This document shows positions 1-12,465 of a stretch of DNA of 64,000 nt, one piece after another (the stretch's first letter is position 1; each line of letters opens with the position of its first letter). The notes under the pieces were generated by a model. That model did no database searches, had not been told where the DNA came from, and worked only from the letters and a program-made list of their open reading frames with translations. A program made the translations under genes and the position numbers. This stretch comes from Mobula hypostoma (Eukaryota): assembly GCF_963921235.1 (NCBI RefSeq), contig NC_086097.1, positions 193,380,001 to 193,444,000 of the forward strand, given 5' to 3'.

Positions 1-458
1 GAAACCATGCTGACTGACTTATTTTATCATTAGTTTCCAAGTACCCTGAAACCTCACCCTCAATAATCGCCTCCAACAACTTCCCAACCACTGGTCAGGG
101 TAACTGGCCTACAATTTCCTTTCTTTTGTCTTCCTTCCTTCTTAAAGAGCGAAGTGACATTTGCAATCCAATTCTGAGACCATGGCAGAATCAAATGATT
201 CTTGAAAGATCATGACCAATGCATCAGTAATCTCTTTAGCAACCTCTCTCAGGACCCTAGGATGTAGCCCATCTAGTCTAGATGAACTTATCCACCTTAA
301 AGACCTTCGAGACTGCCTAGCACTTTTTCCTTTGTAATAGCAATGGCATTCACTCCTGCTCCCTGACACCCACAGACCTCTGACACACTGCTCGTCTTCT
401 ACAGTGAAGACTGATGCACTGCACACATTTAGTATTTCTGCCATTTCTTTGTCCCCCA
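1..458 (-). mobile_element. CR1/HER1-like LINE ORF2 fragment (host of the LTR insertion; continues at 6526)
   Basis: Degenerate ORF with DGLHPRVLREVAKEITDALVMIFQES, typical of CR1 RT N-terminus; sequence resumes after the LTR element. Confidence 0.8.
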
Positions 459-721
459 TGTGACAAGAATACACAATAGATTAAGATGTTAGCTGTCCTG
501 GGTGATCAGCAGTTGGTCTGCCACCTGTCTTCAGGAGAGAGAGAGAGATAAGATAATGGAGCAGCATTTGGAGATGTGTAATGAAGAGACGGGAGAGAGA
601 ATAACAGAAGGAGAGAGCTGTCTAGAACGGCCCCCCCTTTGAACCCTGAACTGTTTGAAGTGATGGACAGGCGATACCCCAGCAGGGGGATAAAAAGGGA
701 CAGGTTCGCTAAGGCAGGACA

Positions 722-1848
722 GATTTGGTAAATGCATTTAACTGTCATGTGATGGAAAAGTATAGTGATTATACTCACATTTATATGGATGGTGTGAAGG
801 AACCTGAAACAGGAGTGACAGGGTTTGGGGTGGTAATACCACCAAAAGAAATTGGAATCAGCAGAAGAACATCTAATAAGTTAGGGGTGTTTACAGTGGA
901 GATGCTGGCAGTGTTGGTTGCGTTGCAATGGGTGCAGAAAGCCAGACAAGCCAAAGCATTGATATGTTCAGATTCATCCTCAGTTCTAGCAAGTTTAAGG
1001 TCTTTTCACACAAACAGTCGGCAAGATGTACTTTATGAAGTCCTTCAGTTAGTTACAAGAATTGCAAATCAGGGAGATCAGGTAAAATTTCTATGGGTTC
1101 CAGCACATGTAGGGGTGAAGTGGAATGAGAGGGTGGATGAGTTGGCAAAGAGGGTGTTAAAGAAAGAAAATGTGGAAATGCACATTAGTATCAGTAAAGC
1201 AGAGGTTAAGTGTGTAATCTGGGAAAAAGTCAACCGAACGTGGCAAGAAAGATGGGACAGGGAGGGGAAAGGGAGGCATTTATATCAAATACAAAAAAGT
1301 GTTGCAGTTACTAGGGTAGGTAATGGAAACAGAAGAGAGGAAATTGTGTGGACTAGGTTAAGGCTGGGGCATTGTGCATTAAACAAAATATTGAAAATGA
1401 TAGGGAAACACCAGACAGGATTGTGTGAGGAATGTCAGGAAAAGAAGTCAGTAGAACATGTAGTTCTGAGTTGCAGGAAGTATGGGATACAGAGAGATGA
1501 TGAGAAATAAATTAAGGGAGTTGGGGATGCAGGAATTCACATTGAAAGGGTTGCTGGGCATGGGTGAGAGAGCACAAGTCCGGGTATTTTTAGTGTTTTT
1601 AAGGGGTACAGGTTTTTTTTTATATAGAATATGACGAATAAACAGGAATAGGATACTAGGATGGTCAAAGATGGGAGGGTGAAGTGTAGGTTTGTATATA
1701 TCTGTGTGTGTGTGTGTGTGTGTGTGCGTGCGCGCACGCGATTGGGTGAAGGGATTTAGAATGTATGTCTAGTGCTGGAGCAGAGGGTGGCGGTAATGCA
1801 CCATTAAGCTGGATGCCAACCGCCGTAAAACAAGATACAGACAGACAG
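722..1848 (+). mobile_element. 5'-truncated Nimb/I-clade non-LTR retrotransposon
   Basis: 11-bp TSD AAGGCAGGACA (711-721, 1849-1859); RNase H plus C-terminal CX2C..H..C zinc finger; 3' end GTGGCGGTAATGCACC...AACCGCCGTAAAA followed by an (ACAG)n tail. Confidence 0.85.
725..1510 (+). CDS. RNase H domain and zinc finger of a LINE ORF2 (truncated; frameshifted near C-terminus)
   Basis: IYMDG, TVEMLA, ICSDS, WVPAHVG..NERVD motifs; CEEC..H...C finger; in-frame ATG at 752. Confidence 0.85.
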   Translation: MVNAFNCHVMEKYSDYTHIYMDGVKEPETGVTGFGVVIPPKEIGISRRTSNKLGVFTVEMLAVLVALQWVQKARQAKALICSDSSSVLASLRSFHTNSRQDVLYEVLQLVTRIANQGDQVKFLWVPAHVGVKWNERVDELAKRVLKKENVEMHISISKAEVKCVIWEKVNRTWQERWDREGKGRHLYQIQKSVAVTRVGNGNRREEIVWTRLRLGHCALNKILKMIGKHQTGLCEECQEKKSVEHVVLSCRKYGIQRDDEK

Positions 1849-2478
1849 AAGGCAGGACACACATGACACCCGAGGTAACGAGACCCTGGAAGCGGTGCGC
1901 CTCTCACAAGTCGGTGGGAAGCTTTTGGACGGCTGATCGCGGGATCAAGCCATAAACGCACAGGGTGGAAAGGCACAATCGGCGGGAACCTGGTGTGTAT
2001 CCACCCTTGCCTGGGTGCCAGGTTCAGCGCAGGGAAACGATCGTATCTGGAAACGGAGGGGTCACGGTCAGTGACCTCAGATGACATCACAAAGGACTCG
2101 CCCGACAGCTGACTGCGAAGGTCTGTGTGTGAAAGCTGTGTTGAATATTCATTCGTTTTGCTCTCTCTCCTCCCCCCCACTGTCCATCGCCACGGCAACG
2201 ATTACTGCGAACTGAACTAAATTGAACTGGACTTTGTGTCACTTTGAAACTGGTCATTTACCCCTAGACAACGATAGAGCTTGATTAATCCTGTTATCTT
2301 AATTCTGTGTACATGTGTGTTTATCATTGCTGAACTGTTGCATTCATTATCCTTTTGATTAGAGTACTGTGTTGCTTGTTTCTTTAATAAAACTTTCTTA
2401 GTTCTAGTAATCCAGACTCCAACTGAGTGATCCATTTCTGCTGGTTTGGCAACCCAGTTACGGGGTACGTAACATAAG

Positions 2479-2497
2479 TGGGGTTCTCATCTGCGAT
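2479..2497 (+). promoter_or_regulatory. Primer-binding site, degenerate tRNA-Pro type
   Basis: TGGGGTTCTCATCTGCGAT resembles TGGGGGCTCGTCCGGGAT, 4 nt after the 5' LTR. Confidence 0.7.
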
Positions 2498-2573
2498 TTT
2501 GAACGCTAAATTTGGGACGGAGTAAATTGATTGGGTCAAAGTTCCCAAAAGAAAGAAAAGACAAACAACAGAA

Positions 2574-2895
2574 ATGGAGGCTGAGGAATTTATAAAGGCA
2601 CCGACCTTGGAGGCATTAGAGGATGCCAGGAAATCGGAATTGGTAGCTGTGGCCAAACGGTTGAATCTTGCTAAGGGGAAGTCGACAATGAGGAGAGAGG
2701 AGATACACAGAGCTATCGTAGAGCACTATGTATCTAAAGGTGTGTTTCCCCAAGGCGAGCTGGAGGTGGTGTCTATTGAAAAACCTGCTGGAGACGCGGT
2801 ACAGGTGCAGCTTGAAAAACTGAGACTCGAGCACGAGTTCTGGGTACGGCAGTTGGAGCGGGAAGAGAAAGAGAGGGACAGACAGTTGGAGAGAG

Positions 2896-2934
<39 letters not shown>

Positions 2935-4711
2935 TTGCAGCGAGAGGAGAAACAGAGGTAAAGGGAATTCGAGTTGGAGAAGTTAAGGATAAGGGCAGAG
3001 CAGGGGCTCGTGCCGAACCAAGGTGGAGGGTTCCGGGTGACCCAGCAGGTTAGGCTGGTTTCCCCCATTTGACGATACCGACGTGGATCGGTACTTTCTC
3101 CATTTCGAGAAAGTTGTTACAAGTCAGGACTGGCCGAGGGATAAGTGGGCTGTTTTACTTCAGAGTGTACTGAAAGGGAAAGCCCAACAAGCTTACTCCG
3201 CTTTGCCCGCGGAAGATGCCCAGAGGTATGAGGTGGTGAAAGAGGCCATCCTCAGGATTTATGAGTTGGTCCCGGAGGCATACCGGCAGAGGTTCCGGAA
3301 TGCGAGGAAGCAGTGGGACCACACGTATTTAGAGTTTGCCCGTGAGATGCAGACATATTGTGAGCGTTGGTGCGCCTCGAAGGGGGTAGAGGGGGATTAT
3401 GACAGACTTCTACAGCTGATCCTGATTGAGCAGTTTAAAGGTTGTGTCCCTAAGGGTATGAGACCCTACCTAGATGAGAAAGAGGCAGCCACGTTAGCCG
3501 CAACTGCTAAGTTAGCGGATGAGTATGCGTTGACGCATAAAATGAAGTTTGCCCCGAGTAAAGGCTACCAGAAGGGTAGTCAGGACGGCGGGGACAGTCC
3601 ACCGGAAAAGTCAGAAAGTAAGCCGGGGACTAGTGAGAAGGATAAGGTAGAACGGGAGCAGTCTGGCAGGAAGTCTCCTGGGGTCGTCCGTTATAATTGC
3701 AGGGAAGTCGGACACTTTGCGTCCAGGTGCTTTGCCCCAAAGGAGGAGACGGGAAAAGGAAAAATGGCGATTTTGACTGGCTGTATCGAGCTGGTACACG
3801 AACCGCTAGGGAGGGACAGGTCTGCCAAAGTTCAGGAAGGGCGCGAGAAGTTTATCTCGGCCGGATTGGTGTCAGTGAAGGAGGGGTTAAAACCAGTTCC
3901 AGTGCGGTTCTGGAGAGACATGGGAGCATGTCAGTCACTAATACTGAAGAGTGTATTAGAGTTTAGCTCAGAGACCCAGACTGGGGAGGTCAAGGTCAAA
4001 GGTATTGGGGAAGGGACAGAGACAGTCCCTTTGCACCAGGTACACTTACAAAGCAACCTGGTCTCGGGAATAGTCACGATCGGGGTGAGGTACGAATTAC
4101 CGATGAAAGGCGTGGAAGTCTTGCTCGGTAATGACGTCGCCGGGGGAATCGTGTTCGAAGCAGTGAGATTGACAGGTCAGCCTGCCAGCATTGAGGCCCC
4201 GCCCATGGACTCACAGGTTCATCACGGGACCGCGGTAGTCAATTTAGCTGAGACATTTCTGCCAGCCTTGTACGAGAAGGGGGTAGAAAGTGAAAAGGAG
4301 TGTAGTGAGGCAAGAGGTAGTGAGGGAGCTGGGACAGACGTAGCATTAGCCAGGAAAGAATTTGTGCAGGCGCAGGAGCGAGACAAGGGGCTGATGGTTT
4401 TGGCAGAGACAGCGCTCTCTGGCACAGAATTAATAAGGGAACTAGTAGGCTATTGTGTAGAGGAGGAAGTGCTAAGGAAGAAAGGGAAATCCAGTACCGT
4501 ACCCACAGATGAGGAACGGGGGGCGGTGCAAAGGAGTTATGAGGATGAGATTCTTTACCTGGCCCACAAGGTACCCCCCGGTGGACATTTTGTGGTGCTG
4601 GAGGAAACAGTTGGTGGAATCATGAAAGAGGTTTACCGGCTGCCCGGGGGAAGGATGTTATTGATTATGGCCGACGCGAACTGGGACGGTCACAGGCTTT
4701 TGATATGCTAA
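2574..4711 (+). pseudogene. gag (SCAN-like capsid, zinc knuckle), aspartic protease and integrase zinc-finger remnant; frameshift at (GA)n near 2900-2930
   Basis: YFLHFEK..W..LLQSVLKGKAQ..ILIEQF; RYNCREVGHFASRC (first Cys lost); RDMGA/LLGND protease motifs; ILYLAH..P.GGHF. Confidence 0.85.
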
Positions 4712-4849
4712 CAAACCTAGTTGGTGTTAGTGCGAAAACCAATGAAGCTAGGGGCCCCCTGATAAGAGAAAAAAAACATTTTGAAAAGATTAGTATGGTA
4801 TCGATCAGATGGGAGAAGGCTATTGTTTTGGCCAGGTCTGCTGATAAGG

Positions 4850-5516
4850 TCTCTCCCTTAATCCCCGAACAAAGCGACTCTTTAGAAGTAATTAAACGAC
4901 TCGCACACGTGTGTTTGATTGTCCCGAGGCGATGCTAAGAACTGGGATGTTGGGTGGTGTCTGTTACAATAGGTTAGCCTAGTGAGCAACATCCATATAG
5001 AATGAGTAATTCAGTGACTAAAGGGCTGACGAACACAGAGGTGTGTATTGGCAATTTAATACGGCTGTCTGAAGCCAGCTTGATAGTGAACCTTGAAAAA
5101 AATGAATTCGGCCACACGAAGGTCACTTACCTGGGAATTGTGGTGACACAGGGGCAGCTGGCAGCGATGCAAGCTACAGTGCAGGCTATCGCTGACCTCC
5201 CAACCCCGACAGACAAGAGGGCCCTCAGAAGACTCTTGGAGATGGTGGGGTACTGTAGGAAGTTTTGCAATAACTCTGCGGTCACTACCCCTCCCCCTCC
5301 TACTAAGCCCTTGCGAGAGAAAACTAAGTCGGAATGGGTCGACCCTTGTTATTGTGGTCCGGGACAAAACCAAATGAGAGGTTACATTGATCGCAATTCA
5401 TCAGTGTTTTTGGCCACTATGAAGTTTGCTAAGTTGGAGCCTGGTCTAAGGGATTATTAATAACACATATAAAAGGAACAGAAAATGTGATGGCTGACTG
5501 TCTGCCAAGGTGTTGA
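4850..5516 (+). pseudogene. RT/RNase H remnants with catalytic YxDD region missing
   Basis: QHPYRM, LIVNLEKNEFG..VTYLG, PTPTDKRALRRLLEMVGYCRKF, HIKGTENVMADCL. Confidence 0.75.
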
Positions 5517-5625
5517 CAACTTCAAATTCGCTGTATTAGCCAAATAGCTGATAAAGATGTATATTTGCGTGTGTATCAAATAATGTATTCATGTTTGTAA
5601 TCTTTACCTCCCAGTAAAAATCCTT

Positions 5626-5637
5626 AAAGAGGGGAAG
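5626..5637 (+). promoter_or_regulatory. Polypurine tract
   Basis: AAAGAGGGGAAG immediately before the 3' LTR. Confidence 0.85.
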
Positions 5638-6525
5638 TGTGACAAGAATACACAATAGATTAAGATGTTAGTTGTCCTGTGTGATCAGCAGTTGGTCTGC
5701 CACCTGTCTTCAGGAGAGAGAGAGAGAGAGAAATAAGGGAAACAATGGAGCAGCATTTGGAGATGTGTAATGAAGGGACGGGAGAGAGAATAACAGAAGG
5801 AGAGAGCTGTCTAGAGCGGCCCCCCCTTTGAACCCTGAACTGTTTGAAGTGATGGACAGGCGATACCCCAGCAGGGGGATAAAAAGGGACAGGTTCGCTA
5901 AGGCAGGACACACACGACACCCGAGGTAACGAGACCCTGGAAGCGGTGCGCCTCTCACAAGTCGGTGGGAAGCTTTTGGACGGCTGATCGCGGGATCAAG
6001 CCATAAACGCACAGGGTGGAAAGGCACGATCGGCGGGAACCTGGTGTGTGTCCACCCTTGCCTGGGTGCCAGGTTCACCGCAGGGAAACCATCGCATCTG
6101 GAAACGGAGGGGTCACGGTCGGTGACCTCAGATGACATCACAAAGGACTCGCCCGACAGCTGACTGCGAAGGTCTGTGTGTGGAAGCTGTGTTGAATATT
6201 CATTCGTTTTGCTCTCTCTCCTCCCCCCCACTGTCCATCGCCATGGCAACGATTACTGCGAACTGAACTAAATTGAACTGGACTTTGTGTCACTTTGAAA
6301 CTGGTCATTTACCCCTAGACAACGATAGAGCTTGATTAATCCTGTTATCTTAATTCTGTGTACATGTGTGTTTATCATTGCTGAACTGTTGCATTCATTA
6401 TCCTTTTGATTAGAGTACTGTGTTGCTTGTTTCTTTAATAAAACTTTCTTAGTTCTAGTAATCCAGACTCCAACTGAGTGATCCATTTCTGCTGGCTTGG
6501 CAACCCAGTTACGGGGTACGTAACA
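5638..6525 (+). repeat. 3' LTR (888 bp, uninterrupted)
   Basis: TGTGAC...TAACA, followed by TSD CCCA. Confidence 0.95.
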
Positions 6526-7790
6526 CCCATTACTACCTCACCGGCATCATTTTCCAGCAGACCAACATCAACTCTCACCTCCTCTTTACACTTCATGTAA
6601 CCGGAAAAGAAATTTAGTATCTTGCTTTATATTATCAGCTTGCTTACCGTCATTTCAGCTTTTCCCTTCTTATAGCTGTTTAGTTGACTTGTTGGATTTT
6701 AAAAGCTTCCCAATCATCCAATTTCCCACTCACTTTTGCTATCTTATATGCCCTTTCCTTGACTTTTATGCAGTCCTTAACCCCACGGTTGTCTAACCCC
6801 TGCCATTTGAGAACTACTTCTGTGGGACATGCATATCCTGCACCTTGTGAACTATTCGCAGAAACTTCAGCCATCTCTGCTCTGCTGTCATCCCCACCAG
6901 TCTTCTCCTCCAGTTCACTAGGCAGGCTCCTCCCTCATGCCTCTCCCTCTGAAATTGCAGTACGAATTCAATCACATTATGATCAATGCCTCCTAAGGGT
7001 TCCTTTACATTGAGCTCCCTCACAAGATCCAGGTTATAACACAACACTCAATCCAAGATGGCCATTCCCCTAGTAGGCTCAAGCACAAGCTGCTCTAAAA
7101 AGCCATCTTGTAGGTATTCACAAATTTCCTCTTGTGATCTGACACCAACCTGATTTTCCCAATTCCCTTGCATATTGAAGTCCCCCGTTACAACTGTGAC
7201 ATTACCTATTGCATGCCTTTTCCAGCTGCCTGTGCAATCTCAACCCCTCATCTTGCCTACTGTTAGGAGGCCTATATGATTCCCATAATGGTTTTTAAAC
7301 CCTTGCAGTTTAACTCCACCCACAAAGATTCAATATTCTCTGACCCTGTTAACTCTTTCTAAAGACATAATTCCATCTCCTACCAAGACAGCCACACCAT
7401 CACCTGTGCCTTCCTGCCTGTCCTTTTGATACAAAGTATATCCTATGATGTTAAGCTCACAACTATGGCCTTCTTTCAGCCATGACTCAGTAATGTCCAC
7501 ACTGTCATACCAACCATTCTCTAATTGTACCACAAGTTTGTCCACCTTATACCGAATGCTATGTGCATTTAAATACGGTACCTTCAGTCCTACGTTCTTC
7601 ACCCTTTTGAATTTTGCTTCTGTGGTACAAATTTTTTGCTGTCTGCATCTAATCATTGGTTTGTCCTTCCTAACTTTCATGTTATACCCATCATCTACTT
7701 GTAAACCTGCTGGCACATCCTCAGCTCTATCATACTGGTTCCCATCCTCATGCAATATTGGTTTAAACCACTCCCAACAGCTCTAGTAAA
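6526..7790 (-). mobile_element. CR1-like LINE fragment (APE endonuclease region)
   Basis: YLNAHSIRYKVDKL..ITESWL and EPLGGIDHNVIEF motifs. Confidence 0.75.
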
Positions 7791-8439
7791 TGTCCTGCAC
7801 TAATATTGCATTCCCCCCGCCACCCCCCGGCTGCTGGATTCAAGTGCAACCTGTCCCTTTTGTACAGGTCACATCTACCCCAGAAATAGATCCAATTATC
7901 CAGAAATCTGAATCCCTACCCTCTGCTCCAATTCTTCAGCCACTCAACATATGGACTTATTTTCAAGGGCTCTTTATCTCCTGTTCTCTATATTTATTAT
8001 TAATTTTCTCATTTGTATTTGCACACCTTGCTATCCTTCGCACATTAGCTGTCCATCCTGTTGGGTGTAATCTTTCTTTGATTCTATTGTGTTTCTTGGA
8101 TTTAATGTGCATGCCCACAAGAAAATGAATGTCAGGGTTGTATTTGGTGACATACACATACTTCGATAATAAATTTATTTTGAACTTTGAAGTGCTTCAA
8201 AAAATTCAACACTCAAAATGGGTGTCAGGAAACCTGCCTTAGGGGAACACATGCAAAACAACGTGCTCCTAGAATAGTTCATCCCAGATGTACTGGGAAT
8301 TATGTAGGGATCTGGGTTTCTGATTATCTCCCATGTCTACTTCAAACGGATGCATCGTGGTAACTTGCAACTGTGAAGGCACAGGAACAATTCTGCCAGT
8401 CATGAAGGGCAAGGCAGCAGTGCCTCAAAGGTTTTCCTA

Positions 8440-8655
<216 letters not shown>

Positions 8656-9023
8656 TCATAATGATAAATTAATGGAAATCACAATGTGTCAGAGGAATAA
8701 GTTCAGACTGCACAGAGCATTCAAGCATTGGAAAATATTATTTGGCAAAGAGTTTTCTTTTCAATTCTTCAAATGGAATTATAACACAACACAGAATCTT
8801 TCAATTGGCCCATATCAGTTAGCTACTGAAAATAGCTTGGGCTATTTGGGCTCTCTGCATTTAATGTTTAGGGCACTAGCAGGATGCAACATTTTTACAA
8901 AAAAGAGGAAATAAAGAACGTTACAAAACAAGAGATGTGAACCAATTCTTGCTAAGGAATGAAGCAACCCAGTTGGCAACCAATCAGATACAATTTTAAA
9001 ATGAGTGAACAATTATTCAGTTA

Positions 9024-9266
<243 letters not shown>

Positions 9267-9984
9267 CTAGGGAGAGAAACAGATGAGATTATACAATTCT
9301 GAAGATGAACGACAAACCTCTCAAAAAAAATAATAGGCACCAGATTTCAAACAGATGGATTCTTTCAGAATTAGATTTATTGATAGTATTTTTCAGTTTA
9401 ACACTGGATTCAGTTAATATACAGCGAGAAATCCTCTAAACGTATTTCTAGCCTATATGCAGTGATGTGGAGGGAAACATGACATTTAATCATTAAAATA
9501 AATAGCTTTAAGTAGTGCTTCCCAAATACACAAATCTACCTACAGCCATCAGCAAGGTGGATTTAAATAATGGAGTTGAAAAATGCTGCAGACTCCAAAA
9601 ACAAAACAGTTTGGTGGCAATATAAGGCCACCTTAGTTCTGTGATGCAGATCCAGATACTTGAATGATGAGCTACTCTCAAGATTTTATAGCCTATAAGT
9701 TATTCCAATGCTCTTGACAGTAAATAGGGAAGCATTAAAATAACACATTGCCTGATGTTTAACTACTGTTGTTACACAGACAGGACTAACTTGCTTTGAA
9801 GGAGAGTCCCAAAGATTGCAAAAAGGATACTTAAATAGTTTCCCATGCTTTGCCTGTCTAAAGCTGATAAAATTAGATTAATTGTGCTGGAGCAGATAGA
9901 TTCTTTATTGACCACAAAGGAAATTAGTGTCACAGTAGCATTACAAACGCACAGATGTACAAATATTAGAATAAAAAGTTACTT

Positions 9985-10990
9985 CAAACAGTTTAACAGG
10001 AGGGGCGCATCACCTCCCAGGCTACAAGTTGCACCATTATAGAGCCTACTGGCCAAGGGTAAGAATGACCTCATATAGTGCTCTTTGGAGCAATGCAATT
10101 GTCTCAGTCTATTACTAACAACGCACCTTTGTTTGGCCAAGATGGCATGCAAAGGGTGAGAAACACTGTCCAGAATTGCCACGATTTTCCATGGGATTCT
10201 TTGTTCTACCACAGCCTCCGGGGTGTCCAGTTTGACTCCTATAACAGAGCTAGCCTTTCTGACCAGTTTGAGCCTGTTGGCATTGCGCGTATTGATGCTA
10301 TTGCCCCAGCACACCAGTGCATAGAAGATTATACTGGCAATAACAGACTGGTAGAACATGTGAAGAAGAGGCCTGCATATGCCAAAGGACCTGTCTCCTC
10401 AGGAAGCAGAATCGACTCTGGCCCTTCTCGTAAACAGTCTCTGTGTTGGAGTTTTACTCAAGTCTGTCATCCAGGTGCACCCCCAGATAATTGTAGGTTC
10501 TCATCAATAATAACAGGGAGCAATGCAGGATTAGTCTTCCTAAAGTCCATCACCATCTTACTGATGTTGAGCTGCAGGTAATTTAGCTTGCACTATTTGA
10601 CAAAGTCCTTCAGGGCCCTGTATTCATCCTTCTGTCCTCCCTTTTATACACTGAACTATTGCTGAGTCATCAGAGAATTTCTGCAGATGACATGACTCAG
10701 TGTTGTATCTAGAGTCCAAGGTAAACAGGAAGGGAGCCAATACAGTCTCCTGTGCTGCTTACAGCCATGTTTGACATACATCTCTGAAGCTGCACAAACT
10801 GTGGTCTGCCAGTCAGGTAGTCCATTATCCAGGATACAAGAGAAGTGCCAACCAGCACTGAACAGAGCTTTCCCCCAGCAATGAGGGTTGTATCGTACTG
10901 AAGGCATTTGAGAAATCAAAGAACATCATCCTCAGTGCTGCCCTGCTAATCTAAATGGGAATAGGTTCTGTTCAGCAGGCAGATGCTTAG
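9985..10990 (-). mobile_element. Rex1/Babar-like LINE RT 3' fragment
   Basis: MFYQSVIASIIFYALVCWG..HPLH..SFLP motifs. Confidence 0.65.
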
Positions 10991-12256
10991 AAGCAGCATC
11001 CATCAAGCTAGCACTTAGTTCAGTTTTAGGCTGCATACAAGTGTTAAAGTTGGACCACAATTGCTTAGTGATACATCACACATGCAACTATTTTATTACA
11101 TGCTGTATGTGGTTAAGCTGTTGGAAAATTTATCTACCCTAAATGTTGTTTCAGAAACATCAAAAAAGTGGCAGAAAAAATCCAACTCTAACTACTGCAA
11201 GTAGCAAAGCAGTATTAAACTTGCTTTTAAGTCTGCTTTTCATGTTAAGTGTGTTTCTGGAACTGTTAGAGCCTGTGATTTACAGTTTAGAGATCCACTG
11301 ACTGATCCAGTGCTTTGCTGTTTCTGAGAATATTCCGGGAAGTGAGCGTGGGCTCGAACCCTTAAGACACTGAGGTGAAGAAACTTCAAGACAGAGCACG
11401 AGCTGATGTTCAACTTCATTTGGCTGATTAAGGCATCCATTATTCACAGTTTAAAGCTTCAAGGAAGATTAAAATGTCGAGGCGAGTGCGGAAGGTGAGC
11501 AAGAATTCAGCGCTACCCATTTTTTGATCACTGATGAAATCCCTCTACTGCCAGAGTAGGAGTTAGACCTCTGTGTCTGTACAGTGTCTTTCTCTTTCGA
11601 TGATGTTGGAGGACGTTAGAGGTTCTGAGGTTCTTTATTTACAGATTTGGACTATGGACTTTTTCAGTCTAACCATTTCTATATTGTGTGATTTCACCCA
11701 TCCTTTCTCATTTTTCTGTGCAGGGTGAGGGAATTTGGGGGGGGGGGGTCAATGATCACATTGCCTTAGTTTTTGTGTGTGAGGGGATGGGGTTGCTGTT
11801 TCTTTTTGAACTGACTTCAATGTTTTACTTTATTTCGAGGCTATCTGGGAGAAGGCAAATCTCAAGAGTTGTAAACAGCATACAATGAATCTTTGATACC
11901 CACCCAAAAATCTAATGAAAAGAAGTTCTGGGAAACTATCTACTTAATTCAGGGGACCCTATGACAAAAAGAAAATATGCCAGGGCAGATTTCAAACCAC
12001 ACTTGCTTTTACACAGGACAAGAACACCATGCTTAGTGATAACCCAAAATCACTAAAATAAAATGACTTCAGAAGTAATTCAGTTGTGACCGTGAATGAC
12101 AAGGCAACATGTTGATATATTATCAAAATGTTAATATATTATCAAGAATTTTAATACTACAGAGAAGGACATTTGGTAACATTAAATTGCAGTTTAGCTT
12201 TAGATGAATTTACAGAGTACTAAAAAAAGTAATTGATACCTTTAGTGCCAATTCTA

Positions 12257-12465
12257 GCACACAAAATCCTGGAGGAACTCAGTTGGTCAGGCAGCATCAA
12301 TGGATGAACAATGTTTAAGACTGAGACCCTTAATCAGGACTGGAAAGTAAGAGAATATGGCCAGTGTAAAAGGTGGAGAGAAGGGGTGGAGCAAGAGCTG
12401 CTGGGTGATAGGTGGATCAAACTGAGGGGGATGATATGCAGGTGAATGAGGGCAAGAATGAGAAT
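12257..12465 (-). mobile_element. Penelope-like element pLTR fragment with degenerate hammerhead core
   Basis: Homologous to 36849-37000 and 29432-29520. Confidence 0.6.

Larger units (their letters stand above)
459..2474 (+). repeat. 5' LTR, interrupted at 722-1848
   Basis: Matches 5638-6525 with about 14 substitutions (hand count) plus a microsatellite indel; AATAAA near 2386. Confidence 0.93.
459..6525 (+). mobile_element. Gmr1-like Gypsy LTR retrotransposon, internally deleted (non-autonomous)
   Basis: LTRs TGTGAC...TAACA at 459-2474 and 5638-6525; 4-bp TSD CCCA (455-458, 6526-6529); PBS, PPT, gag-protease ORF, integrase remnant upstream of RT remnant. Confidence 0.93.

Noticed and set aside
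1665..2198. 177-aa and 179-aa minus-strand ORFs (also 5710-6249)
   Set aside because: Antisense frames in duplicated LTR sequence; no recognisable domain
2195..2474. LTR differences concentrated in the 5' two-thirds
   Set aside because: Many are CpG transitions in the CpG-rich part; too few changes to argue for gene conversion
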